Counted from the first letter of the stretch, positions 50,021 through 61,006 are shown. The stretch is DNA of 64,000 nt from Ignavibacteriales bacterium (GCA_050259235.1 JBLNAG010000001.1:86640-150639); one strand, 5' to 3'. Program-made: numbers and translations. The notes: generated by a model from the letters alone, not told the origin.

Positions 50021-50556
50021 AATTTAACACTCACATTTTCTTTTTCTTCATCGCTTACTTTAAAATATTCTCTTTCTTTATACTTTAACATTTTAGCAAA
50101 TATATTGTTTGGAAACATCATAATAGTAGTATTAAAATATTGAACACAATCATTATAAAATTGTCTAGCATAAGCAATTTTATCTTCAGTTCCAGTTAAT
50201 TCAATTTGAAGATTTAAAAATAATTGATTAGCTTTTAAATCAGGATAACTTTCTCCTAAAGCTAATAATTTATTGACATTTTTACTTATTTCTTCACTTT
50301 GCTTAGCTTTTTCACTAATACTACCACTTCTTGCTTCAATTATTTTTTCTAATGTTTCAGATTCATATTTTGCATAACCTTTAGTTACATTAACTAAGTT
50401 AGGGATTAAATCATTTCTTCTTTTTAGTTGATTATCAATACCTGACCAAGCATTATTACATCTTATATTTAACTTTATAAAACGGTTATACATGATAATT
50501 AAGGTTATAGCAATTACTGCAATAACTATGAAAATCAATAAAATGATATCTTGCAT
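50017..50556 (-). CDS. lemA: LemA family protein
   Basis: N-terminal TM plus NAWSGIDNQLKRRNDLIPNLV and YNDCVQYFNT motifs; canonical lemA-htpX pair. Confidence 0.85.
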   Translation of the reverse strand: MQDIILLIFIVIAVIAITLIIMYNRFIKLNIRCNNAWSGIDNQLKRRNDLIPNLVNVTKGYAKYESETLEKIIEARSGSISEKAKQSEEISKNVNKLLALGESYPDLKANQLFLNLQIELTGTEDKIAYARQFYNDCVQYFNTTIMMFPNNIFAKMLKYKEREYFKVSDEEKENVSVKL

Positions 50557-50580
50557 AAAAATCCTCCTTCATATATATTA

Positions 50581-50985
50581 TTAATTATTACCTATGTAAT
50601 ATTCTTCTAAGATTTGAATAGCAAGCGCTACTTTATTTTTATTATTAACCTCAGTACTATTAAATACATTTTTGATATTAGTTATGTCATTTAATAATTC
50701 ATCTTTAGTTTTAGGCATAATAGTATTAATTTTCTTTAAAGATGAACTATATCCTCTAATATCTTTATAAGAAGAAAAGTCTATATTCAAATTATCTTTA
50801 ATAGTGTTTTTAGCTATTAAAAGAAAACTTTTATACATTTTTTCTTTTTCTAAAGCACTGCTTTTTATCATGTCATTATATTGAACACTACCAATTATCT
50901 TATTTTGATAATCTGATTCTATTTTATTAATTTTATTATTAATTTCTAACATTCTATCTTTAAAAATATCTATATTATTATTCAT
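50581..50985 (-). CDS. Hypothetical protein
   Basis: 134-aa ORF, coiled-coil-like, no motif. Confidence 0.4.
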   Translation of the reverse strand: MNNNIDIFKDRMLEINNKINKIESDYQNKIIGSVQYNDMIKSSALEKEKMYKSFLLIAKNTIKDNLNIDFSSYKDIRGYSSSLKKINTIMPKTKDELLNDITNIKNVFNSTEVNNKNKVALAIQILEEYYIGNN

Positions 50986-50994
50986 ACTATTCTC

Positions 50995-51873
50995 CTATTC
51001 AAATACAAAAGGAATACCACCATTAGGTGGACAAGTATTATTAGTACTTATTGGAAGACAATAAATAAAATATTTTATTCCTTCTTGATAATTCTTTAAA
51101 TTAATATTGATATCTTTTGCTTCATCAACGTGTAACTCAAAAGCATCATCTATTACTTCTTTATTATCTAAGTAGTTAATTGTTCCTGCTCCACTAATTA
51201 ATTTATTTCCTTTATTAGCTAAATTAACATTGATTAAGTGTTGATTATTTAGTACATCTTTATTACTTATTAGTTTAATTTCTAGATCATCTATTCTTTG
51301 TTTCATATTAGTAGTAATATAAACAATAACTTCTCTAGTTAAACTTTTCTTATTACCATAATAATCTGAAACTTCATAAGTTAAATTATATATACCAGGA
51401 GTAGTAATATCAACATCCCCAACAACGTTTACTTTAGTGTTACTTACATTTATTTCATAACCAGGATCAGTAAATTTAGTATCTTTTTTTACTAAAAGTT
51501 CTTCATCACCTTTTAAAGTAAGTGCAATATCTTTTTCTTCAATAGTATCAGGTACTAATATTTTTACCCACATTGGTGAATATATTGAAGCAATATATCC
51601 TTGAATACCGTTTTTAGTTTCAATTTTATACCATAAATAGTTATCATCAAAACTAAAATCTTTTATTGTATATACTTCTCCTTTATTAATAACCCCTATT
51701 TTCTTAGAATCAATAGTAGCATCTTCTCTAATATTAATTGAATCAGTTATTACCTCAAATTGATAAACACTATTATTAATATCATTTGTTTGATCTTCAT
51801 TAATATTAATAGTTTCCTTTTTAGAACAACCACTAATTAATATCAAAATTACTAATATTATTACTTTTTTCAT
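50995..51873 (-). CDS. Putative lipoprotein
   Basis: Lipobox ILISGCS after a hydrophobic leader; beta-rich C-terminus. Confidence 0.5.
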   Translation of the reverse strand: MKKVIILVILILISGCSKKETININEDQTNDINNSVYQFEVITDSINIREDATIDSKKIGVINKGEVYTIKDFSFDDNYLWYKIETKNGIQGYIASIYSPMWVKILVPDTIEEKDIALTLKGDEELLVKKDTKFTDPGYEINVSNTKVNVVGDVDITTPGIYNLTYEVSDYYGNKKSLTREVIVYITTNMKQRIDDLEIKLISNKDVLNNQHLINVNLANKGNKLISGAGTINYLDNKEVIDDAFELHVDEAKDININLKNYQEGIKYFIYCLPISTNNTCPPNGGIPFVFE

Positions 51874-54824
51874 TTCAATTCCTCTAATTTTACACTTACT
51901 AATTTACTTACACCGGATTCTTGCATTGTAATACCATATAATACATCTACAAATTCCAGTGTCTTCTTTTTATGTGTAACTAATATAAATTGTGTTTTAT
52001 TTTTTAATTTAGTTAAATATTCACCAAAACTATTTACGTTGGCTTCATCAAGAGCTGCTTCTACTTCATCAAGAATACAGAATGGTACTGGTCTAGATTT
52101 TAGTATAGCAAATAGTAAACTGATAGCTGTAAATGTTTTTTCGCCACCGGATAATAGTGATATACTAGTTAATTTTTTACCTGGAGGTGAAGCAATTATT
52201 TCAACACCAGTTTCTAATATATTATTTGGATCAGTTAATTCTAAAGATGCTGTTCCACCTTTAAATAACTCTTGGAAAACAGTCGTAAAATTATCTTTTA
52301 TAATATTAAATGTTTGCATGAATTCCTTCTTCATAACATTATCCATTTCTTCAATAATTTCCAATAAAGTGTTTTCTGCTTTCAATAAATCTTCTCTTTG
52401 ATTAATTAAGAATTCATACCTTGTACTAATACGATCATATTCTTCAGGTGCACCTAAATTAACAACACCAATTTCTTTTATGATATTTTTTAAGCTATTT
52501 ACTTTACTTCTAGCTTCATTACTAGGTATATCTAATTTATATGAACTAACAGCTTTTTCATAGGTTATATTATATAATTCATTTAAACTATTTAATAAAT
52601 TATCTAATTTAACATCCATTCTATTAACTTCAATTTCTAAATCCTTTAATTCTTTATTTTTATTATTATATAAATTATTTTCTCTTCTTAAGGATAATTC
52701 AAATTCTTCCAAACTATCACTAAGATCATTTTTTATTTTATTTAAGTTATTTATTTCATTATTAATAACATCTTTTTCTTTCATTGCTTGATAGTATTCA
52801 TTTAAAATACTTTCTTCTTCATCACTAATAGTATTATTTAATAAATTATTTGTTCCTTTAATTTCTAAGGTAACATCATTAATACGATCACTTAAATAAC
52901 TTAACATATTGTTTTTATTTTGTATAAAATCATTAATAGTAATTTTTTCACGATTAATTAAATATAATTTATCTTCAATTGATTTAAATAAATAATCATT
53001 TTCATTTATTTTGTCTTCTAATAATTTTATTTCTTCAATAGTTTTATCATAGTCTTTGATAGCAGTTTCTAGTTCATATTTATCAACGATAACACTTCTT
53101 TGTTTAACAGCATTACCACCCGTAACTGAACCGCCAACATGCAATAATTCACCATCGATTGTAACTACACGATAACGATAATTTATCTTCTTACTTATTG
53201 TATTGGCACTATCAATATTTCTACAAACAATAACATTACCTAATTGGTTTAAAATAATATTATTATATTTAGAATCAAATTTAATTAAATCTGAAGCTAC
53301 CCCAATATACCCTTCAATCCTCTTTGACATATCAATTATTTCAGGTTCAATTGCTTTAGGTTTAATAATATTTAAAGGAAAGAATGTAGCTCGTCCTAAA
53401 TTATTATCTTTTAAGTAATTTATTGCCTCTTTAGCACTTAATTCACTATCAACTACTATATTTGTACTAGCAAACCCTAAAGACGTAGAAATGGCCGTAG
53501 AATACTCTTTTTCCACTTCAATTAAATTACCTATTACATCATGTACTCCTCTTAATTTAGGATTATTTAAAACATTTTTAACGGCACTAGGTAAAGCACT
53601 GTTGTTTTCAATACTTTCTTTTAAATTTTCAATTCTATTTTTTAATATATCCTTATGACGATACTTAATATTTAATTCATCAACTAATTTATTTTTAATA
53701 TCTTTTGCTTTATTTAAATTAGTATTTTCTAATTCACTATTCTTATTTACTTTTACTAATTCTTCATTTTTATTAGATATTTCTAATTTAATACTATTAA
53801 AATCATTTTGTAATTTTAATTCTGTTTCTTTTAATTCAATTAAATTATTGTGTAATTTAGAATCTTCAACATTATATTTTTGTCTTTCTAGAATAATCTT
53901 CTTTTGACTATTGATTTTTTCTACTTTAGTTGTAACATCAATTAAAGATTGTTGCTTGATGTTTAATTCATTACTAACCTTATTAATATTTAATTTATAT
54001 TCTTCTATTTTAGCTTCATATCCTGTATTAGAAGTGGTTAAAGTTAATAATTCATTATTTATTTCATCAACTTTTGATTTCTTTTCTTTATATTTATAAT
54101 TAATATTAGTAATATCTTCTGTAATTAAAGCTATTTCAATTGATTCTAATTCTTCTTTAGCACTTAAATATGCTAAAGCTTTTTCTTTTTGTTCCTTTAA
54201 AGGTCCAACTTGCGTTTCTAATTCATTAATTATATCTGTAACACGATTCATATTATCATGAGTACGATCTAATTTTCTTAAGGCATCTTCTTTTCTTTTC
54301 TTATACTTTAAAACACCCGCAGCTTCTTCAAAAACAACCCTGCGATCACTTGGTTTATTACTTAATATTTCTTCAATTTTACCTTGAGAAATAATATTAA
54401 AACTTTCTTTAGCAATACCACTATCCATTAATAAATCAGAAATATCTTTAAGACGACATTTCTCATTATTTAATAAATATTCATTAGTACCATCTTTATA
54501 TAGAATTCTTTTAATAGATATTTCATTATAATCAAGTGGTAAATAATGATCACTATTATCAAATACTAAAGTGACACTAGCAACATTTAATGGGTTTCTA
54601 CTTTTACTACCAGAAAATATTACATCACTCATCGCACCATCACCACGTAGTGATTTTACAGATTGTTCACCCAAGACCCATCTAACAGCATCTACTATAT
54701 TACTTTTACCACTACCATTAGGTCCAACAATACCGGTAATATCTTTATTAAGATCAATTGTAATACGATCTGCAAACGATTTAAATCCGTGTGCTTTTAT
54801 TTCTTTTAAATACATAAATATCAT
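51870..54824 (-). CDS. smc: Chromosome segregation protein SMC (true start probably MYLKEI, a few codons downstream)
   Basis: Walker A GPNGSGKSN, hinge region, C-terminal LSGGEKTFTAISLLFAIL signature and ILDEVEAALD Walker B; long coiled coils. 984 aa is short for SMC. Confidence 0.9.
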   Translation of the reverse strand: MIFMYLKEIKAHGFKSFADRITIDLNKDITGIVGPNGSGKSNIVDAVRWVLGEQSVKSLRGDGAMSDVIFSGSKSRNPLNVASVTLVFDNSDHYLPLDYNEISIKRILYKDGTNEYLLNNEKCRLKDISDLLMDSGIAKESFNIISQGKIEEILSNKPSDRRVVFEEAAGVLKYKKRKEDALRKLDRTHDNMNRVTDIINELETQVGPLKEQKEKALAYLSAKEELESIEIALITEDITNINYKYKEKKSKVDEINNELLTLTTSNTGYEAKIEEYKLNINKVSNELNIKQQSLIDVTTKVEKINSQKKIILERQKYNVEDSKLHNNLIELKETELKLQNDFNSIKLEISNKNEELVKVNKNSELENTNLNKAKDIKNKLVDELNIKYRHKDILKNRIENLKESIENNSALPSAVKNVLNNPKLRGVHDVIGNLIEVEKEYSTAISTSLGFASTNIVVDSELSAKEAINYLKDNNLGRATFFPLNIIKPKAIEPEIIDMSKRIEGYIGVASDLIKFDSKYNNIILNQLGNVIVCRNIDSANTISKKINYRYRVVTIDGELLHVGGSVTGGNAVKQRSVIVDKYELETAIKDYDKTIEEIKLLEDKINENDYLFKSIEDKLYLINREKITINDFIQNKNNMLSYLSDRINDVTLEIKGTNNLLNNTISDEEESILNEYYQAMKEKDVINNEINNLNKIKNDLSDSLEEFELSLRRENNLYNNKNKELKDLEIEVNRMDVKLDNLLNSLNELYNITYEKAVSSYKLDIPSNEARSKVNSLKNIIKEIGVVNLGAPEEYDRISTRYEFLINQREDLLKAENTLLEIIEEMDNVMKKEFMQTFNIIKDNFTTVFQELFKGGTASLELTDPNNILETGVEIIASPPGKKLTSISLLSGGEKTFTAISLLFAILKSRPVPFCILDEVEAALDEANVNSFGEYLTKLKNKTQFILVTHKKKTLEFVDVLYGITMQESGVSKLVSVKLEELK

Positions 54825-54881
54825 TCCAAACTATTACTAATTATACATTATAAACAAAGAAAAAACAATAAATTATTGTTT

Positions 54882-55418
54882 TTAGTTAATTAATATCTGA
54901 CTAATATATTCACCAAGATTATATATATTATCTCTTATACGGTATTTACAATTTTTTAAAATTTTTGCCTTAGCATCTTTTACATTTATCTCTAATAGAA
55001 AATGTTCTTCATCAGTTTTAACTTTTACCTTTATACCATATCTTTCATATCGGTATCTCAATTCATCTATTTCATAATCACTATTTTTGCCATATAGATA
55101 AATAGTATCATTATTTAAATTAATGCTATTTTTAATAAAAGAATTAAAGTATTTTTTAAGATTTCTAATATCTCCAATAAAATAATTAACACTTTTTTTC
55201 TTAAAATACTTTCTGATTTTTTTAATATTATATTTTTTTCTACTTATGCTTGATTTCATCTTTGGAGCTACTCTACCTCCAAAAGTAAATTCATAATAAT
55301 CATTTATTTTTTTATTGTTTCTAATAGCTTCAATTATATTATTATTATTAACATCAAAACATACTAAACTACCTTTTATTTTTTTAGTAATATTTACTAA
55401 TTCACGCTCTAACTTCAT
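54882..55418 (-). CDS. Hypothetical basic protein
   Basis: 178-aa Lys-rich ORF without a recognisable motif. Confidence 0.4.
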   Translation of the reverse strand: MKLERELVNITKKIKGSLVCFDVNNNNIIEAIRNNKKINDYYEFTFGGRVAPKMKSSISRKKYNIKKIRKYFKKKSVNYFIGDIRNLKKYFNSFIKNSINLNNDTIYLYGKNSDYEIDELRYRYERYGIKVKVKTDEEHFLLEINVKDAKAKILKNCKYRIRDNIYNLGEYISQILIN

Positions 55419-55422
55419 AATA

Positions 55423-56097
55423 TCACCTTACTATATCATTAATAATGTAAGCAGCACATAATAAACCGGCTGTTCCTGGGACAAAAGATGTTGAACCAAT
55501 TGTTTTAGAATTAGTTTTTTTAGGTAATTCTTTACTACATACAACTAATACTTTATCTTTAATTTTTTCTTCACTTACCATCTTACGAATAACTCTAGCT
55601 AAAGGATCATAACTAGTTTTGCGAATATCAATTATTTCTAATTTAGTAGGATCTAATTTATTTCCTGTTCCCATTGAACTAATAAATTTAATTTTTCTTC
55701 TTAAACATTCCTTAATTAATTCCATTTTAGTTAACACAGTATCACAGGCATCTACTACATAATCAATTTCTTCATTAAATAATATATGAATATTATCTTT
55801 AGTAATAAAATCTCTAATTTTAGTAACTTTGCATTTAGGATTAATTGACATAATTCTTTCTTCCATTGCATCAACTTTATGCATACCAATTGTAGAATGA
55901 GTTGCAATTATTTGACGATTAAGATTAGTAATTTCCACTTTATCATTATCAACTATAATAATTCTACCTATTCCACTTCTAGCCAAAGCTTCAACAACAT
56001 ATCCTCCAACTCCACCAAGTCCTAAAACTAATACTGTTTTATCCTTAATTAAGTTAATTTTATTTTCTACTAATATTTCTAATCTACTAAATTCCAT
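55423..56097 (-). CDS. tcdA: tRNA threonylcarbamoyladenosine dehydratase TcdA (ThiF/MoeB E1-like)
   Basis: VLVLGLGGVGGYVVEALARSGIGRIIIVDNDKVEITNLNRQ nucleotide-binding motif of the ThiF/TcdA family. Confidence 0.85.
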   Translation of the reverse strand: MEFSRLEILVENKINLIKDKTVLVLGLGGVGGYVVEALARSGIGRIIIVDNDKVEITNLNRQIIATHSTIGMHKVDAMEERIMSINPKCKVTKIRDFITKDNIHILFNEEIDYVVDACDTVLTKMELIKECLRRKIKFISSMGTGNKLDPTKLEIIDIRKTSYDPLARVIRKMVSEEKIKDKVLVVCSKELPKKTNSKTIGSTSFVPGTAGLLCAAYIINDIVR

Positions 56098-56125
56098 ACA
56101 TATCCCCCAATAATAATCTTTATTA

Positions 56126-56134
56126 ATTATAGCA
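56126..56134 (-). promoter_or_regulatory. Extended -10 (TGCTATAAT) promoter element of tcdA
   Basis: Minus-strand read is TGCTATAATtaataaagattattattGGGGGatatgtATG. Confidence 0.5.
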
Positions 56135-56149
56135 CATTAATTTACATAA

Positions 56150-56322
56150 AAAAAGCCCCGGATAATCGGTAGCCAATAACGACAAAACCTGTAAGTCCAG
56201 GTGGGCATCACATTACTAATTTTAGGATTCTTATATAAAATAAGCTTTCAACACCATCAGTAAATTAGATTCCCAATCGTTTAAAATATAGTGGTTTTTC
56301 TTAGAAGCAACCGTATTATCCA
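56150..56322 (-). ncRNA. ssrS: Probable 6S RNA (SsrS/BsrA-like)
   Basis: Own promoter on the minus strand (GTGACA-17nt-TGCTATAAT at 56332-56360). ~175-nt transcript whose 5' end CCUGGAUAAUACGGUUGC pairs with its 3' end GCUACCGAUUAUCCGGGG, a long terminal closing stem. Internal hairpin ACCUG-GACUUA-CAGGU; ends in GGGGCUUUUU. Lies immediately upstream of tcdA (yrvM homolog), as B. subtilis 6S-1 does in the aspS-yrvM intergenic region. Confidence 0.5.
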
Positions 56323-56394
56323 GGTACTTATATTATAGCATAATTATATGTTAATGTCACTACTAACAATGATAAATATTTTTAAATAAAGAAT

Positions 56395-58425
56395 TTATAA
56401 ACCTGTACCTACTGCCAAGACAGCACGGAAGGAAACGGTAGTATACACAGTACCATCAGACATACTGAAACCAAATGCCCCAGCAGTTCCTCCAAGGTTG
56501 TAATCACGACCACGGATAAATAATGGAAGACTAGCATAAGCCATATAAGCATAATCATTAAACCATGCAGTTGCACCAGTTCCAGTAGAACTTATCTCAT
56601 ATACTCCATCACCTTTTACATTTATTGCGTTAGTATAGTTTATAGCTTGATCATCAGTTGTTATTGTATATACATCTTTATATTTGGCAGCAGCATTCAA
56701 AATACTACTTGCAAATGTCGTTAAATTAGCATTTCCATTATTTACATATGCTGAAGTGTTTTCACAAGCCCCACCGCTTGTATCGTATATTCCATAAATA
56801 TTTCCCGTTGTACTTGCTTTTACACCATTAATTGTATCGTAGGTTCTTAAACAACCTGTAGTTGCAGCAGAAATAGCACTATCTCCAGCACAACCTGTTG
56901 TATAATTATTAGCTGGATTTATCCATATCTCTTCAGTATTTTTACCATAAATAGATTTACTTAAATATATCATTGCTCCCCATTCAATATTTTTCATTAA
57001 ATGTGTATCAATACCAGTTCCGGTTGTTCCCCAACCATATCGACTGTTTGTTTCCATGTTACGAGAAGCAGTGAACATATTTGATGCTGTTGTACTACGA
57101 AGAGATACTACATTTGGTTTAAAGTCTACTGCTGCAGTTGTACCACTTGCTTCAAATTTTGCCACCCATATTCCAGTTAATTCTGTAGTTCCAAAGGTGA
57201 AAGCTGGATGATTAGTCCATTTATTATTTGAAGCATTAGCTGTAGTACCAGTATCAATAGCTCCTATAACACTACTATTCCAATTATCATTGGTGTTTTT
57301 TGTAAATTGTATTTCTATTGTTCCAGCGGTATTAGTATGCCATCCACTTGATATTTTATAAACAAATCTTGGAATCCAAACCCAAAATGAACCATCTGAT
57401 GTTTTAGCATTTGCCCACTTCTTAGAATCATAGTTATACCAATCTGGATCACTTGAAGTAGTATTTACCCAACTTGTACCATTCCATTTTATAGGTGTCA
57501 TTCCTGTTGCTAATGCAGGAGAATTAACATAAGAGTTTCCTACAGTAATTGTACGTTTACCAGTAGCAACATTACCACTACTATCTGTTACTTTATAAGT
57601 TAAATAATATGTACCTGGTAAAACACTTAAATTACCAGTGATTTCAATTTTACTTGTTAAATCACCATCATAATTATCAGTTGCAGTAGCACCTGCTCTA
57701 GCATTAAATGTTAATACATCAGTTGAATTCAGATTAACATTACTTGGAACTACTAAATTAGGTTTAGTTCTATCACTTACCACTACTGTTCGAGTAACAG
57801 TTGTTTTATATCCATTATCCGGATCAGTTACTTGATATTTTACAGTATAGCTACCAAATTGATTAGTATTAATAGTACTTCCATCTCCACTGATGGTTGT
57901 TACTACATTTGATGCAACAATTACATTTCCTTCGCTATCTAAAGCTGTTACTCCTGGATCAGTATATGTATTCTTTATTTCAACATATAAAATTGCACCA
58001 CCGTTCAACATTAATATAGGTGCTTCAATATTAATCTCAGCTGTTCTAGTAGGAGTTCCCGTATCAGTTAATATTGCATATTGAAAACCATCGCTTTTCT
58101 TTGTAATGGTAAGAAACATATCATTTGGAAATAGTTCATCAGTTAAAGGATTCAATATATCTTCGCTAACGTAATCACCTTGTTTTAATTGAAACATTGT
58201 TAATGTAATTTTTTCTTCATTTTCAGATGGTAAATAAAATAAATTATCTGTTGCCCATTCTTTTAGACCTGATTCTATATTATTAATTTGTGTTTCATAT
58301 AATTTTTGTTTACTATTTTTAATATTTTTTTCTACTGTAGGAAGTGCTATTAAAACAATTAGTCCTAATATACTAATTACTCCTAATAGTTCAATTAAAG
58401 TAAATGCATTCTTCTTCATTAACAC
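56395..58425 (-). CDS. Giant modular type IV pilin-like protein (676 aa): class III signal, pilin-like N-domain, two DUF5011 Ig-like domains, conserved W-rich ~330-aa domain
   Basis: N-terminus M(L)MKKNA|FTLIELLGVISILGLIVLIALP (prepilin motif, Glu+5). YTDPGVTALDSEGN and ATATDNYDGDLTS are DUF5011 hallmarks. Probable true start is ATG two codons in, giving MKKNAF. Confidence 0.7.
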   Translation of the reverse strand: MLMKKNAFTLIELLGVISILGLIVLIALPTVEKNIKNSKQKLYETQINNIESGLKEWATDNLFYLPSENEEKITLTMFQLKQGDYVSEDILNPLTDELFPNDMFLTITKKSDGFQYAILTDTGTPTRTAEINIEAPILMLNGGAILYVEIKNTYTDPGVTALDSEGNVIVASNVVTTISGDGSTINTNQFGSYTVKYQVTDPDNGYKTTVTRTVVVSDRTKPNLVVPSNVNLNSTDVLTFNARAGATATDNYDGDLTSKIEITGNLSVLPGTYYLTYKVTDSSGNVATGKRTITVGNSYVNSPALATGMTPIKWNGTSWVNTTSSDPDWYNYDSKKWANAKTSDGSFWVWIPRFVYKISSGWHTNTAGTIEIQFTKNTNDNWNSSVIGAIDTGTTANASNNKWTNHPAFTFGTTELTGIWVAKFEASGTTAAVDFKPNVVSLRSTTASNMFTASRNMETNSRYGWGTTGTGIDTHLMKNIEWGAMIYLSKSIYGKNTEEIWINPANNYTTGCAGDSAISAATTGCLRTYDTINGVKASTTGNIYGIYDTSGGACENTSAYVNNGNANLTTFASSILNAAAKYKDVYTITTDDQAINYTNAINVKGDGVYEISSTGTGATAWFNDYAYMAYASLPLFIRGRDYNLGGTAGAFGFSMSDGTVYTTVSFRAVLAVGTGL

Positions 58426-58511
58426 CTCTATCTTATATAGAAATTATATAATTTATTACATTACCTCTTTTTTCAAATTGATTAAATCTTATTTTTCAAT
58501 AAGTATATTAA

Positions 58512-60806
58512 TTATTGACATACTTCTTCAAAATAATTTATATTTCTAATAGCTGTTGCTACATTCCCTGATTTATCTGTCACAGTATAAGTTACTGTGT
58601 GCGTATCATAAACATCTTCTACTTTTTGAATTTGACTTGTTAGATCTCCATCAACATTATCAATAGCTGTTGCTCCAGCATCAATATAATTGAGTTGACA
58701 TACGTGGAAAGGAACAGGATTATCACCAAGTATAGTTATTACCGGAGGGGTTGTATCTGGTGAAGTCGGTATTACTCCTGGAGTTGATACTAGAATAGGA
58801 CGGAAACTATGATAAGTACCACCATTACCATTGTAATAGCTAAAATTGAATACACCTGCACTGCCATTGATATTGTAAAGACCACCACGTATGAACCATG
58901 GAGAGGTACTATAAGCTGTTCTAGAATAAGTTCCATACCATGAATTTACATCACTAGCCCCACCGGAACTGCTTGTTTCATAGATGGCATCACCTTTTTT
59001 ATTAACTGCTAAGGCATAATTGTTATCCCAATTGTCAGTTGCACCAACAGTATAAATATCTTTATATTTGCTATCTGCGTTTATGATACTATTACCATAA
59101 GTTGTTAAACTAGCATTACCATTGTTAATATAAGCAGCTACATATTCATTTGCTCCACCGGACATATCATATATGCCATAAATATTGCCTGTTGTACTTG
59201 CTTGTTGTCCATTGCTTGTATCGTATGTGTACTGACATCCTGCATAAGATGAAGCTGTTTCACTTGCCCCTGCACAACCAGTAATATATGTGTTACTGTT
59301 ATTTAACCATATTGCTGCATTTTTACCATAAATTGATTGTGATAAATATGTTGCTGCTCCCCATTCTATGTTCTTAGCCATATGAGTATCGATATCATTT
59401 CCACTCGTTCCCCACCCATATCGACTATTAGTTTTCATGTTAAGAGTAGCTATAAACATATTACCAATAGTTATACTGCGTAGTGATGAAACATTTGGCT
59501 TAACATCAACAGCACTTGTTGTTCCACTTGCTTCAAATTTAGCCACCCATATTCCAGTTAATTCCGTAGTTCCAAAGGTGAAAGCAGGATGATTAGTCCA
59601 TTTATTATTTGAAGCATCAGCTGTAGTACCAGTATCAATACTTCCTATAACACTACTGTTCCAATTATCATTGGTATTTTTTGTGAATTGAATATCAATT
59701 GTTCCTGCAGTATTTGTATGCCATCCACTTGATATTCTATAAACAAACCTTGGTATCCATACCCACATCGATCCATCTGCTGTTTTAGCATTGGCCCATT
59801 TTTTAGAGTCATAGTTATACCAATTTGAATCACTTGAAGTGGTATTTACCCAACTTGTACCATTCCATTTAATAGGTGTCATTCCGGTTGCTAATACAGG
59901 AACATTAACATAGGAATTTCCTACAACAATTGTACGCTTACCACTAGCAACATTACCACTACTATCGGTTACTTTATAAGTTAAATAATATGTACCTGGT
60001 AAAACACTTAAATTACCAGTAATTTCGATTTGACTTGTTAAATCTCCATCATAATTATCAGTAGCAGTAGCATCAGTTCTTGCATTAAAAGTAAGTACAT
60101 TAGCAGGAGTTAATGTGATATTACCTGGAACTACTAAATTAGGTTTGGTTTTATCGCTTATTGCAACCGTACGAATCACGGCTGTTTTATACCCATTATC
60201 TGGATCTGTTACTTGATATTTTACTGTATAATTACCAAACACATTAGTATTAATAGAAGTTCCGTCTCCACCAATAGTTGTTACTACATTTGATGCAGCA
60301 ATTACATTTCCTTCGCTATCTAAAGCTGTTACTCCTGGATCAGTATATGTATTCTTTATTTCAACATATTGAAATGGTGAACCATTTATTATTAACACTG
60401 GTGCATCAGGATTTATTACAGCAGTTCCTGTTCTTGTACCAGTATCAGTTAATATTGCATATTGAAAACTGTTGCTTTTCTTTGTAATGGTAAGAAACAT
60501 ATCATTTGGAAATAGTTCGTCATTCAAAGGATTTAATATATTCTTTTCAATATATCCCCCTTGTTTTAATTGATACAACGTCAAAGTAACCATTTCGCCA
60601 TTTTCTGAAGGTAAATAAATTAAATTATCCGCCACCCAATTCATTAGTCCTGATTTTATATTACTAATTTGAGCTTCATATAATTTTTGTTTACTATTTT
60701 TAATATTCTTTTCTACTGCAGGAAGTGCTATTAAAACAATTAGTCCTAATATACTAATTACTCCTAATAGTTCAATTAATGTAAATGCATTCTTCTTCAT
60801 AAACAC
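58512..60806 (-). CDS. Giant modular type IV pilin-like protein (764 aa), paralog; third DUF5011 domain at the C-terminus
   Basis: Same N-terminal prepilin motif and domain order; C-terminal extra Ig-like domain IDAGATAIDNVDGDLTSQI. Confidence 0.7.
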   Translation of the reverse strand: MFMKKNAFTLIELLGVISILGLIVLIALPAVEKNIKNSKQKLYEAQISNIKSGLMNWVADNLIYLPSENGEMVTLTLYQLKQGGYIEKNILNPLNDELFPNDMFLTITKKSNSFQYAILTDTGTRTGTAVINPDAPVLIINGSPFQYVEIKNTYTDPGVTALDSEGNVIAASNVVTTIGGDGTSINTNVFGNYTVKYQVTDPDNGYKTAVIRTVAISDKTKPNLVVPGNITLTPANVLTFNARTDATATDNYDGDLTSQIEITGNLSVLPGTYYLTYKVTDSSGNVASGKRTIVVGNSYVNVPVLATGMTPIKWNGTSWVNTTSSDSNWYNYDSKKWANAKTADGSMWVWIPRFVYRISSGWHTNTAGTIDIQFTKNTNDNWNSSVIGSIDTGTTADASNNKWTNHPAFTFGTTELTGIWVAKFEASGTTSAVDVKPNVSSLRSITIGNMFIATLNMKTNSRYGWGTSGNDIDTHMAKNIEWGAATYLSQSIYGKNAAIWLNNSNTYITGCAGASETASSYAGCQYTYDTSNGQQASTTGNIYGIYDMSGGANEYVAAYINNGNASLTTYGNSIINADSKYKDIYTVGATDNWDNNYALAVNKKGDAIYETSSSGGASDVNSWYGTYSRTAYSTSPWFIRGGLYNINGSAGVFNFSYYNGNGGTYHSFRPILVSTPGVIPTSPDTTPPVITILGDNPVPFHVCQLNYIDAGATAIDNVDGDLTSQIQKVEDVYDTHTVTYTVTDKSGNVATAIRNINYFEEVCQ

Positions 60807-61006
60807 CTAACAAACACTTCTAGTAAAATCCTCAGGTAAGACCAATATTATATATAAGTGTATTATATAATTTTTGCCAAAATATGTCAATGTTTGAAAA
60901 AGTACAAAAAGAAGTAATAAAAATAAAACCCCAATTCAATTTTATATTGAATTAAGGTTCTATTCTCTTAAAATTATTTTTTTCAATTAATGTAATATTT
61001 AAACTT

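Noticed and set aside
56104-56160. Riboswitch/attenuator directly regulating tcdA
   Set aside because: The terminator at ~56150 is followed by an independent extended -10 promoter for tcdA. The upstream RNA has its own promoter and a terminal closing stem. A separate 6S-like sRNA fits better than a cis leader.
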